64,000 nt of DNA from an uncultured delta proteobacterium (lineage in GTDB: Bacteria > Desulfobacterota > Desulfobacteria > Desulfobacterales > CAVQMW01). Below are positions 37,214 to 46,113 of this stretch, piece by piece. The stretch is taken from positions 1,455,119 to 1,519,118 of the forward strand of contig CAVQMW010000005.1 in the NCBI GenBank assembly GCA_963713755.1, in the 5' to 3' direction. The first letter of the stretch is position 1; the number at the start of each line of letters is the position of its first letter. The position numbers and the translations under genes are program-made. The notes under the pieces were generated by a model. That model did not search any database and had not been told where the DNA came from. It saw only the letters and a list, made by a program, of their open reading frames with translations.

Positions 37214-37233
37214 CTAATGCATCCCCAAAGCCA

Positions 37234-38007
37234 ATGTCAAAAGGAAAATACTACTTTTCCAAATCACTGGAAAAGGGTCTGAAAATATTGACACTTTTCG
37301 ACGCCGAGACGCCGGTGTTGACCCAGAGCGGCATCGCCCGGACCCTGGGGATGAATATGACCTCCACCTATCGTTACATCAACACCCTTCAAGAGTTGGG
37401 CTATTTGGAAAAGGATCTCAAAACCAAGGAGATCCGGCCCAGCATCCTATGTCAGTTGCTGTGCAACAACCTGACCCAGGCTACGGACCGGCTGCGGCTG
37501 GTCAAGGCCGTGGTGGATCGGATCCACCGTGAAAACAACATCAGCATCGACGTGGTATTGATCGTGGACGATACCCTCCGGCGCCTGTACCATCGGGTGG
37601 CCCAGGAGACCCTGACCTACAGCCTGCCGGACGAGGCCAAACATTGCTTGCACAATACGGCCCTGGGCAAGGCCTATTTATTCAGCTTGCCTGGAGACCA
37701 ACTCCCAGGGAAGATCGGTGCCCTAAAGTTGGCGGCGCGCACGTCCCAAACCATTGTGGATGCTGCGCTGCTGATCAAGCAGCTGCAAGCCTACAAGCGA
37801 CGCGGATACGCAATGTGCGCAGAAGAGTATCTGCAAGGATTGGTGGCCATTGGCGCGCCCCTGATGGACACCACCCGCGGCAAAGGGATCGGTGCGGTCT
37901 CCTTTGATTTTTCCATCCTGCAGCACAGTGCCGGGGAGATCGAGGCCAAATACGGAACAATGATCATCGAGACCGCCCAATCGCTGTCCGAAGTTCTGAG
38001 CGCCTAG
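37234..38007 (+). CDS. IclR-family transcriptional regulator.
   Basis: SLEKGLKILTLFDAETPVLTQSGIARTLGMNMTSTYRYINTLQELGYLEKD (wHTH), followed by a C-terminal IclR effector domain. Confidence 0.85.
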   Translation: MSKGKYYFSKSLEKGLKILTLFDAETPVLTQSGIARTLGMNMTSTYRYINTLQELGYLEKDLKTKEIRPSILCQLLCNNLTQATDRLRLVKAVVDRIHRENNISIDVVLIVDDTLRRLYHRVAQETLTYSLPDEAKHCLHNTALGKAYLFSLPGDQLPGKIGALKLAARTSQTIVDAALLIKQLQAYKRRGYAMCAEEYLQGLVAIGAPLMDTTRGKGIGAVSFDFSILQHSAGEIEAKYGTMIIETAQSLSEVLSA

Positions 38008-38063
38008 AACCCATCGGCCTGTCGGGTTTTCTGCTACCCGAATCGTGAAAAGGTAAGATTGCC

Positions 38064-38930
38064 ATGAAATCCGAAAGCTGGAAACCTTGGGCCCTGCTGT
38101 CGCCGGCCATGAGCGCGGTCTTTTTGCTGCTGGTGATTCCGGTCTGTTTTGTGGTGGTCTACAGTTTCTGGCTGCGGGCGCCCAGCGGCGCCGACATTCC
38201 GGCATTCCAGCTGGGCAACTACGCCAAGTTCTTCGAAGATTTCTTCTACCCCAAAATACTGATCCGCACCATCCGGATCGCCTTTGAAACCGTTTTTCTT
38301 TGTGTGGTGCTGGGCTACATCCCGGCCTACTACTTCTACCGCAGCGAGAGCCGCTACAAACAGGTGTTTCTGCTGTTGATCATGCTACCCTTCTGGGTGA
38401 GTTTTATCATCCGCACCATGAGCTGGATCAACATCATGGGGGATACCGGGCTGATCAACCATTTTCTGCTCAAGACCGGGCTGATCGAAACGCCCCTCTC
38501 CATGCTCTACAATGAGTTTACCGTTCTCATGGGGCTGATCATGTACCTTTTGCCCTTTATGGTGCTCAACATCTATGTCAGTCTGGAGGGGATCGACAAA
38601 AGCCTCTTGGAGGCGGCCCGCTGCATGGGTTGCACCGAGTGGCAGGCTTTCCGTGAAGTGACGCTGCCCTTGAGCCTGCCCGGAGTGAGCGCCGGCTGTC
38701 TACTGGTGTTCGTCCTTACCGCCGGCACCTATCTGCCCCCCATGATCCTGGGGGGTCCGGGCAACGACATGATCGCCAACCTCATCTTCAAGCGGGTCAT
38801 CGGGACTCTGGACTGGCCCTTTGGTTCGGCCATCAGCGTCATTTTGCTCAGCCTGTTGTTTGTGATCGTCTGGACTTACAACCGCTACCTGGGTATCAAT
38901 CAGATTTTCAAGAGCTTTCAAGGCAGCTGA
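38064..38930 (+). CDS. Pot-type ABC permease (PotB-like).
   Basis: 288 aa with 6 predicted TMS and the EAA-loop LLEAARCMGCTEWQAFREVTLP. Confidence 0.8.
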   Translation: MKSESWKPWALLSPAMSAVFLLLVIPVCFVVVYSFWLRAPSGADIPAFQLGNYAKFFEDFFYPKILIRTIRIAFETVFLCVVLGYIPAYYFYRSESRYKQVFLLLIMLPFWVSFIIRTMSWINIMGDTGLINHFLLKTGLIETPLSMLYNEFTVLMGLIMYLLPFMVLNIYVSLEGIDKSLLEAARCMGCTEWQAFREVTLPLSLPGVSAGCLLVFVLTAGTYLPPMILGGPGNDMIANLIFKRVIGTLDWPFGSAISVILLSLLFVIVWTYNRYLGINQIFKSFQGS

Positions 38931-38933
38931 CCC

Positions 38934-39731
38934 ATGAAACACTTCTCCCCGGGCTGGACTCTGATTCGCCTTTACACCCTGCTGGTCTACCTCTTCATGT
39001 TCGCCCCCATCGTGGTGGTGATCGTGCTGGCCTTCAACCCCAAACAGTTCGGCATTTTTCCCATGGAGGGGGTCAGTCTGCGCTGGTTCATCAAGCTGGC
39101 CCAAAACGAATCCATCATCGATGCTTTTAAAAACTCCCTGGTGCTGGGTTTTTTTACAGCGCTGATTTCCACGGGCGTCGGCATTTTAGCGGCCCTGGCC
39201 TTTATCCGTTTCGAGTTTCCCGGCAAAAACACCATCAATACCCTGCTGCTCTCGCCGATCATGATTCCCGAAGTGGTGCTGGGGGTGGCTCTGCTGCTTT
39301 TTTTGCGCTGGCTGCAGCAGCCCAAGAGTTTTGTGCTGCTGTTGATCGGCCATGTGGTGCTGACCCTGCCCTATGTGCTGCTCATTGTTCAGGCGCGGCT
39401 GGTGGGCATCAAGAAGGAGTACGAAGAGGCGGCCAAGTCCCTGGGGGCCAATGGCTTTCAAACCTTCAAGGAGATCACCTTCCCACTCCTGCTGCCGGCC
39501 GTGTTGGCCGGGGCTCTGTTCGCTTTTACCATCTCTTTTGATGATATCACCGCGACCCTCTTTTGGGCCACGGCCCAAAACCAGACGGTTCCGGTGAAAA
39601 TTTTCAGCATGTTGCGAAATTCCATCAGCCCAGAGATCAACGCCTTGGGCGCGGTGATGATCGTGCTCACCGTGGCCACCCCCTTGCTGGCGGGATATCT
39701 CTCCCGTAAGTTTTCCAAATTCAAGGACTAA
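38934..39731 (+). CDS. Pot-type ABC permease (PotC-like).
   Basis: 265 aa with the EAA-loop YEEAAKSLGANGFQTFKEITFP. Confidence 0.8.
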   Translation: MKHFSPGWTLIRLYTLLVYLFMFAPIVVVIVLAFNPKQFGIFPMEGVSLRWFIKLAQNESIIDAFKNSLVLGFFTALISTGVGILAALAFIRFEFPGKNTINTLLLSPIMIPEVVLGVALLLFLRWLQQPKSFVLLLIGHVVLTLPYVLLIVQARLVGIKKEYEEAAKSLGANGFQTFKEITFPLLLPAVLAGALFAFTISFDDITATLFWATAQNQTVPVKIFSMLRNSISPEINALGAVMIVLTVATPLLAGYLSRKFSKFKD

Positions 39732-39762
39732 TCCAACAACCTTCAACTGAAAGGAGACTCTG

Positions 39763-40926
39763 ATGGCTATCGTTACCCAAGAAAAACTGGATCGGATTAT
39801 GGAGGCTTATCAACAGGGCACCCTCAGCCGCCGTCACTTCATCAAATATCTTTCCATGGCCGGGGCTTGCCTGGGACTTACGGCCATGCCCTTGGGCGGT
39901 TTAACGCAAAAGGCCTGGGCGGCGAAGTCCATCCGTTTTGACGGCTGGGGAGGTTCGGTTTCCGAAGCGTTCCGGGAACACGCCTTCAAACCCTTCACCG
40001 AAGCGACCGGCATTGAGGTAATCGACGGCGAATTCGGCGATATGAACTCCTATCTCACCCGGGTCAAAGCCTCCTTCCCGCCGGGTGGAGAGTTCAACAT
40101 CGCCCATCTCAGCGCCGTGTTCGACTATGCCCGCTACGTGGACCTGGGATTCTCATCGGTGCTGGATGAGACCAAAATCCCCAATTTGAAAAATGTGATG
40201 TCCTCCATGATCAAACCCTTGCGGGATATCACCCAAGGCACGCTTTCGGCGGTGCCCTACGACCTGGGGCAAACCGGCATTGCCTACAACACCCAGCATA
40301 TCAGCAAGGAGAAGGCCGAGAAACTGGGGGCTTCCCTGCTGTGGGACAAGGAGCTCCAAGGCAAGCTGGGCAGTTGGGAGGGCGATTTCAGGACCAACAT
40401 GTGGTACGCGGCGCTGCACACCGGCCAAAGCCCCAACAACATGACCGATCTGGAGGCGATCTGGGCGGCGTTGCGCGAGCAGAGGGATCTGATGAAAAAG
40501 TATTGGGCCTCGGGGGCCGAATTGATGAGCCTGCTGGCCAACCAGGAGATCTACGCCACGGTGGCCTGGTCCGGTCGGGTAGCGGCCCTGCAGCAGGAAG
40601 GGCACCCCATCGGCTATCTCTCTCCCGAGGGCACTTACTCCTGGATGGAGTATCTATTTGTCCTCAAAGGGACCGATTTGGACGTGGCCCAGCAACTGCT
40701 CAACTTCATGTTGGAGCCCGCCGCGGCGATCGCCGTGGCCGAGGGCCAGAACTATCCGCCCAGCCTAGATCCCACCAAGGTGGAGCTCACCGAGAAGATC
40801 AAGCAGATGCCGGCCTTTGATCCCACCGGTAAGCTGGAAGGCTACCTCTTCGCCGATCCGGCCTACTGGAACGCCAACCAGGTGGAATGGACAGAGAAGT
40901 GGGACCGTATCAAGGCGGGCAGCTAG
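39763..40926 (+). CDS. Pot-type periplasmic substrate-binding protein with a twin-arginine signal.
   Basis: Tat consensus SRRHFIKYLSMAGACLGL and cleavage-like AWAAKS. A PotD/PotF-like SBP of 387 aa, with a strong RBS (AAAGGAG). Confidence 0.75.
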   Translation: MAIVTQEKLDRIMEAYQQGTLSRRHFIKYLSMAGACLGLTAMPLGGLTQKAWAAKSIRFDGWGGSVSEAFREHAFKPFTEATGIEVIDGEFGDMNSYLTRVKASFPPGGEFNIAHLSAVFDYARYVDLGFSSVLDETKIPNLKNVMSSMIKPLRDITQGTLSAVPYDLGQTGIAYNTQHISKEKAEKLGASLLWDKELQGKLGSWEGDFRTNMWYAALHTGQSPNNMTDLEAIWAALREQRDLMKKYWASGAELMSLLANQEIYATVAWSGRVAALQQEGHPIGYLSPEGTYSWMEYLFVLKGTDLDVAQQLLNFMLEPAAAIAVAEGQNYPPSLDPTKVELTEKIKQMPAFDPTGKLEGYLFADPAYWNANQVEWTEKWDRIKAGS

Positions 40927-41036
40927 CAGGCTAAACAGAAAACGATTCGCCTCTTGGGCCGCCGCCGCCCCTCCTATGTCAACGGGAGGGCAGTGGCGGC
41001 ATCCCGATTCAATCCCAACCGGGGGAGTACAAGACA

Positions 41037-42137
41037 GTGGCAAGCGGCAAGACCCAGCCCATGGTGCAGTTCAAAGGCATTTTTAAGCGGTTTGGCAAAG
41101 TGACCGCTGTGGAGAAAATGGATTTTGAAATCGAAGAGGGGACTCTGGTGACCCTGCTGGGGCCGTCAGGGTGCGGAAAGACCACCCTGCTGCGTATGGT
41201 GGCCGGGCTGGAGGAGCCCACCGAGGGGGATATCTTCATCAATGGCGTGCGGATCAACGATACCCCCATCCATCAGCGCAACCTGGGAATGATCTTCCAG
41301 AACTACGCCCTGTTTCCCCACAAAACCATTTATGAAAATGTCGCCTTCGGCCTGAAGTACCGCAATGTTCCTAAGGCGCAGATCCCGGATAAGGTGTCTC
41401 GGGCGCTGGAGATGGTCCGCTTGCCGGGGGTGGAAAAGCGCATGCCCAGCCAGCTCTCCGGCGGACAGCAGCAGCGCATCGCCATGGCCCGGGCGATTGT
41501 CATCGAGCCGGACGTACTGCTCATGGACGAGCCTCTCTCGGCCCTGGATGAAAATCTGCGGGAAGAGATGCGGCGGGAGGTGGACAACCTTCAGCGGATG
41601 CTCGGCGTCACCACCATTTTCGTCACCCACGACCAGCGCGAAGCCCTGAGCATGTCGGACAAGATCCTGGTGATGAAGGAGGGCCTTAAGCAGCAGGAGG
41701 GCGACCCCGAAACGGTTTACAATGAACCGGTTAACCATTTTGTGGCCGATTTTCTGGGCCACTCCAATTTCATCAACGGCGAGGTCGTAGAGGTCGGCAA
41801 CGATCATCTTAAGGTCAGGATCGAAACCGGCGATCTCCTCCTGGCGAAAAACAAAGGCGGATTCTCGACGGGGGATCCAGTGGAGATCATCGTCCGCGCC
41901 CAGCGCTTTGACGCCTTTCCCAGAGATGAATTCAAACCTGCGGAAGGCATGAACCATTTTGAAGGGCGCATCAAGGACCGCAGCTACATGGGCGGAGAGG
42001 TGAGCTATTTCATCGATTTGGGCGCCGGCCGTGAAATTCATATCATCAGCATGATGCGCACCCGGCTCTACAACATCGGTGAGACGGTGAGTGTGCAGGT
42101 CTCCCCCCACCACTGCCACCTGATTCCCCTGGCCTAA
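41037..42137 (+). CDS. Pot-type ABC ATP-binding protein (PotA-like).
   Basis: Walker A GPSGCGKTT, signature LSGGQQQRIAMARA, Walker B LLMDEPLSALD and a C-terminal TOBE-like domain. The start is GTG 41037 or ATG 41061. Confidence 0.85.
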   Translation: MASGKTQPMVQFKGIFKRFGKVTAVEKMDFEIEEGTLVTLLGPSGCGKTTLLRMVAGLEEPTEGDIFINGVRINDTPIHQRNLGMIFQNYALFPHKTIYENVAFGLKYRNVPKAQIPDKVSRALEMVRLPGVEKRMPSQLSGGQQQRIAMARAIVIEPDVLLMDEPLSALDENLREEMRREVDNLQRMLGVTTIFVTHDQREALSMSDKILVMKEGLKQQEGDPETVYNEPVNHFVADFLGHSNFINGEVVEVGNDHLKVRIETGDLLLAKNKGGFSTGDPVEIIVRAQRFDAFPRDEFKPAEGMNHFEGRIKDRSYMGGEVSYFIDLGAGREIHIISMMRTRLYNIGETVSVQVSPHHCHLIPLA

Positions 42138-42140
42138 GCC

Positions 42141-42395
42141 TGACTGTTGGACACACTTGACACTGGGGGTGTGTTGTCATGCTTCGAGCTTATCGGCTAC
42201 AGGCGCGACTACTGGATCTCCGCCCCCCGCCTAAAGCCTGCGGGGGCAGGCCCCGCGGAGATGACGTGCAGTCAGTAGGATCCGTCATTCCCGCGCAGGC
42301 GGGGCACGCAGTGAAGCTTTAGCGCTATCCATACTCAATATATTGAATTTATTTCGTAAATACTGCCCACAGTGTCAAGTGTGGCCAACAGTCAG
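42141..42395. mobile_element. 255-bp MITE (non-autonomous element) with 30-bp terminal inverted repeats and a 9-bp target-site duplication.
   Basis: Left TIR is CTGACTGTTGGACACACTTGACACTGGGGG (42141-42170). The reverse complement of the right end (42366-42395) is CTGACTGTTGGCCACACTTGACACTGTGGG, a 28/30 match. GGCCTAAGC flanks both sides (42132-42140 and 42396-42404, 9/9). No ORF is inside. Confidence 0.85.
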
Positions 42396-42442
42396 GGCCT
42401 AAGCAACGGTTTTTTTCTGGGACACCTGCCGGAGTCAAGGCC

Positions 42443-43276
42443 ATGGCCGACACGGTTGAAAACATCCTGGGCTCTCGGGTCCAGCACGGTCCTCACAACC
42501 AACGCATCTACCTGATGAAATTGGGCCCCCGGCATACGCCGGGACTTGTGGCCGCCTTGGATGATTTGGCCCGGCAAAAGAGTTACGGGAAAATCATTGC
42601 CAAGATTCCGGCCTCGGCCTGGGAGCCTTTTGAACGCGCCGGGTATCGAATCGAAGCGCGGGTGCCGGGATTGATCCGCAACCGCCATGAGGCTCTGTTC
42701 GTGGCTAAATATCCGGTCCCACGGAGAGCGCGGGAGTACCGGGACCCATTCGATTCAGCCTCTCCTCGACCTCCGAATTCCATTCGCGCCAGACAATTGC
42801 GCCCAAAAGCGCAGCCCTCCCATCCGGTTTCTCCCCTGATACCCGACGATGTCGAGGATATGCGCGCGATATATCGCCGGGTATTCCGCTCCTACCCCTT
42901 TCCCATCGACAACACTCACTACCTGAAGGGGATGATGAGGGCCGATGTTTTGTACTACGGGGTTCGAATGGAGGGGAGCCTGGCGGCCATCGCCGGCGCT
43001 GAGATGGATGCAACGGACCGCAACGTGGAGATGACGGACTTTGCCACCCGGCCTTCCTGGCGGGGCCGGGGTCTGGCCAAATCCCTGCTCACCCACATGG
43101 AGCGAACCTGCCGCGGGCTGGGTTTTTTAACCGCTTACACCATTGCCCGGTCGGCATCCGCGGGGATGAATCGGGTCTTTCAGTCGCGGGGATACCACCA
43201 GGGCGGGCGGCTCATTAACAACACTCAAATCAGCGGTAAAATCCAAACCATGACCGTTTGGTACCGCCGGCTATAG
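42443..43276 (+). CDS. AblB-family GNAT (putative beta-lysine N-acetyltransferase).
   Basis: 277 aa. Motifs: QHGPHNQRIYLMKL, YGKIIAKIPASAW, IYRRVFRSYPFPIDN, NVEMTDFATRPSWRGRGLAKSLL, YTIARSASAGMNRVFQSRGY and NNTQISGKIQTMTVWYRRL. The pattern is recalled from the AblB/YodP family, not searched. Confidence 0.65.
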   Translation: MADTVENILGSRVQHGPHNQRIYLMKLGPRHTPGLVAALDDLARQKSYGKIIAKIPASAWEPFERAGYRIEARVPGLIRNRHEALFVAKYPVPRRAREYRDPFDSASPRPPNSIRARQLRPKAQPSHPVSPLIPDDVEDMRAIYRRVFRSYPFPIDNTHYLKGMMRADVLYYGVRMEGSLAAIAGAEMDATDRNVEMTDFATRPSWRGRGLAKSLLTHMERTCRGLGFLTAYTIARSASAGMNRVFQSRGYHQGGRLINNTQISGKIQTMTVWYRRL

Positions 43277-43295
43277 TGTACCTTTTCTTCGGAAA

Positions 43296-44231
43296 TCATG
43301 ACATTTCCTTGCGGGCCGAGGCGAGCAGAAACCGGTGCATGGCTTGGCAGGCCGGAGAGGCTGCGCGAAGTTTATTGCGAATCAGGTAGAAACTGCGGGA
43401 CATGGCCAGGCCTTCCACTTCGACGGCTGCCAGCACACCTGCCCCAAGCTCGGTGTCGATGGCTCTTTTTGACAAAACCGATATGCCCAGCCCGGCCTTG
43501 ATCCCCTCTTTGACTGCCGTGGAAGAGCCCAGGCAGGCCCGCACCTCAAACCCATCGGTACCTGGGATGCCATTTTGGCGCAAGTAGGATTCCAGCATCT
43601 TCAGGGTTCCCGACCCTCTCTCCCTTAAAATCCAGGGGGCGCCGCACAACTCCGCCAGGGTTATGGTTTCCCGCTGCGCCCAGAGGTGGTCCCCGGCAAC
43701 GGCCAGTACCAGTTCGTCCCGCCACAGGGGCTGGCACAAAAGGTTGGGATGCCGGCCTTTGAAGCCGATCACGCCGATCTCGTAAGTTCCCTTCAGAACG
43801 CCCTTTTCAATGCTGCGGCTGTCGGCAACGGCCAGCTTGATGCTCAAGCGGGGATATTCGGCGTGGAACTGGCTGATGCAGCGGGGAAGAATGTACTCCC
43901 CAGGAATGGTGCTGCCGCCCATGGACACCTCGCCCTGCTCCCGCCCCAAAAAACGCTCCATTTCCAGCCGGCTGGTTTCCTTCATTTCCAGCAGTAGGGT
44001 GGCATGTTTATGCAGCAGTTCGCCGGCGGCGGTGGGAACCACCTTGCGGCCCAGGCGATCCAGCAGCTGCACGGTCATTTTACGCTCCAGGGTGGCAATG
44101 CGCTCGCTCACGGTGGCCTGGGCCAGGTGAACCGCTTCGGCGGCCTTTGAAAAACTACTCAATTCAACGACTTTACAGAAAATCTCAAGTTCCCGCAAAC
44201 CAAAGTCCATGGATTTCATTTTCTTGCCCAC
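43296..44231 (-). CDS. LysR-family transcriptional regulator.
   Basis: LRELEIFCKVVELSSFSKAAEAVHLAQATVSERIATLE. The start is GTG 44231 or ATG 44219. Confidence 0.85.
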   Translation of the reverse strand: MGKKMKSMDFGLRELEIFCKVVELSSFSKAAEAVHLAQATVSERIATLERKMTVQLLDRLGRKVVPTAAGELLHKHATLLLEMKETSRLEMERFLGREQGEVSMGGSTIPGEYILPRCISQFHAEYPRLSIKLAVADSRSIEKGVLKGTYEIGVIGFKGRHPNLLCQPLWRDELVLAVAGDHLWAQRETITLAELCGAPWILRERGSGTLKMLESYLRQNGIPGTDGFEVRACLGSSTAVKEGIKAGLGISVLSKRAIDTELGAGVLAAVEVEGLAMSRSFYLIRNKLRAASPACQAMHRFLLASARKEMS

Positions 44232-45890
44232 TCAATCGATGGAGGTTGCGCCGACGTTTTTTAAGATCTTGTCCCGGGCCGCGGTTTTGTTGAAGTAAAG
44301 TTTGTAGGCGATGTAGTACTTATTGATATTGGCAACATAAGACACCGTCTCACGGCCGATTTTTTCGGCGGCGATGCGTTCCACATGGCCGAACCAGCGA
44401 TTGGGATCCAACCCTCTTTCTTGGGCGCTCTTGCGCAGTTGCTTGATTTTCGCCGGCCCGGCGTTGTAGGCTGCCCAGGCAAAGTCCACCTGGGCCGCCG
44501 GGGAGATAGCCGGATCGCTGAAATAGCGTTTGCGGAGAAAATCGAGGTATTTCACTCCGGCGTGAATGTTGTTTTCGATCTTTTCGATCTGCTGGATGCT
44601 GACGGGCGCCCCCGCCGCCGTGCTGGGCAATAGCTGCATGATGCCCACCGCCCCGCTGGGGCTTTTTTTCTGCTGGTCCAGCTCAGATTCCTGATAGGCC
44701 TGGGCGGCAATGGCCAGCCAGTCGAAGCTGTACTGATCGGAATACTTTTCAAACAGGCCGACCAAGGTTTCAACTTTTTTGCGCTCTTTTTCGGTAAGTG
44801 GATTCTTGATCCATCGGGAGTCTTGGTAGTAGCGTTTGAAGAGAATATTGCCCAGCAAAGAGCCCTTCTTATTGATTTTAAGGTGCTCATTGAGGCTTTG
44901 CAGCAATTGCGGGCTCTCTTTGCGCACGGCCCAGGCGATGCGTCCGCCGCTGTGGATGGGGATATCTGTTTCAACGCGGATGTCGGGCAGGACCTCGGCC
45001 CATACCTCGGCAATGTGCTCATCGGCCACCGTCAGCTTCACCACTCCGGCATGCACCATCTCCAGGATATCTTCCGTGGCGAGAATCGATTCCGCGTTTA
45101 CGATCTTGACGAGGGGTAGATTTTGGTCTTTCAACCTGTCGTTCAGCGCCTTAAGATGGGCTGAATAACTGCTTTTGGCCCGCACATAGACTTCCTGCCC
45201 CGCCAGATCCTGTAGGGACTTGAGATCCGGAACCTCGTTGTTACGTACGATCACCTCTGACACTTCCGTTAAGTAGGGCTCGCTGAAGCTGACCTTTTTT
45301 TCGCGTTCAGGGGTAATGGTCAGCCCGGCCGCCGCGATATCGCCGTGCCCTTCGGCCAAAGCATCCAAGAGCTGATCAAAGGGAAGCGGAATGAAAACGA
45401 TTTTGATTTGATCATGAGCGTTTTTAACACCCTGGTTGAGATGTTTTTCATACTCCCGCAGCAATTCGTATTCAAAGCCCCGCGCCACCCCTTTATCCAG
45501 AAAGTAGTTGGATTTGCTGTAGGAAACTAGAGCGCGAATTACTCGCCGTTTGCGCATTTCAGGGAGATCATCCGTAAACGATTGGGTGACCCGTTGGACA
45601 ATGACGTTTTCAGCGTCCGGGGTGCTTTTTTGGGCGAAAAGCAGGGTTGCGGGATGGTTACCCGCAGCGGATTGGCGAAGATCGGCCATCGGCCAACTTA
45701 CGTGATCCGGCTGCTGCCCGGTTTCAACCCTGGCGGGCAGGGTACCTTCAAATAGGGTTCCGGAACCGGCTGGCAGCACCCCGGCGATCAACCCAGCCAG
45801 CATCATGAGCGCGGTCAGAGCCCCATGGTGTCGGGGAATGTGGATCATCATTATTAACCTCCATGGATGGATGGATAACCAGTTGTCCAA
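44232..45890 (-). CDS. MltF-like protein: family-3 solute-binding domain fused to an SLT lytic transglycosylase domain.
   Basis: The SBP_bac_3-like N-half contains FEYELLREY. The SLT motif is AQAYQESELDQQKKSPSGAVGIMQLLPSTA, followed by AAYNAGP. Confidence 0.75.
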   Translation of the reverse strand: MDNWLSIHPWRLIMMIHIPRHHGALTALMMLAGLIAGVLPAGSGTLFEGTLPARVETGQQPDHVSWPMADLRQSAAGNHPATLLFAQKSTPDAENVIVQRVTQSFTDDLPEMRKRRVIRALVSYSKSNYFLDKGVARGFEYELLREYEKHLNQGVKNAHDQIKIVFIPLPFDQLLDALAEGHGDIAAAGLTITPEREKKVSFSEPYLTEVSEVIVRNNEVPDLKSLQDLAGQEVYVRAKSSYSAHLKALNDRLKDQNLPLVKIVNAESILATEDILEMVHAGVVKLTVADEHIAEVWAEVLPDIRVETDIPIHSGGRIAWAVRKESPQLLQSLNEHLKINKKGSLLGNILFKRYYQDSRWIKNPLTEKERKKVETLVGLFEKYSDQYSFDWLAIAAQAYQESELDQQKKSPSGAVGIMQLLPSTAAGAPVSIQQIEKIENNIHAGVKYLDFLRKRYFSDPAISPAAQVDFAWAAYNAGPAKIKQLRKSAQERGLDPNRWFGHVERIAAEKIGRETVSYVANINKYYIAYKLYFNKTAARDKILKNVGATSID

Positions 45891-46113
45891 TCAGGACACT
45901 ATGCCCGAGTATGTCTGTTTTTTCCAGGCATATGATCCAGTGGTTTCTAATTCAAGCCCCGGGCCTGGATGCATTCCGTTTGATCTCAGACGGCGACTAG
46001 CGTAGATTGGCGAGTATCGGTTGATCGTTTTCAAATGCTTTGCTGACTGGGTTATCCGGGGCAAGGGATGTATCCCGCCCCGCCTGCCACCCACACCGAG
46101 AAAAGGAGAGAGT

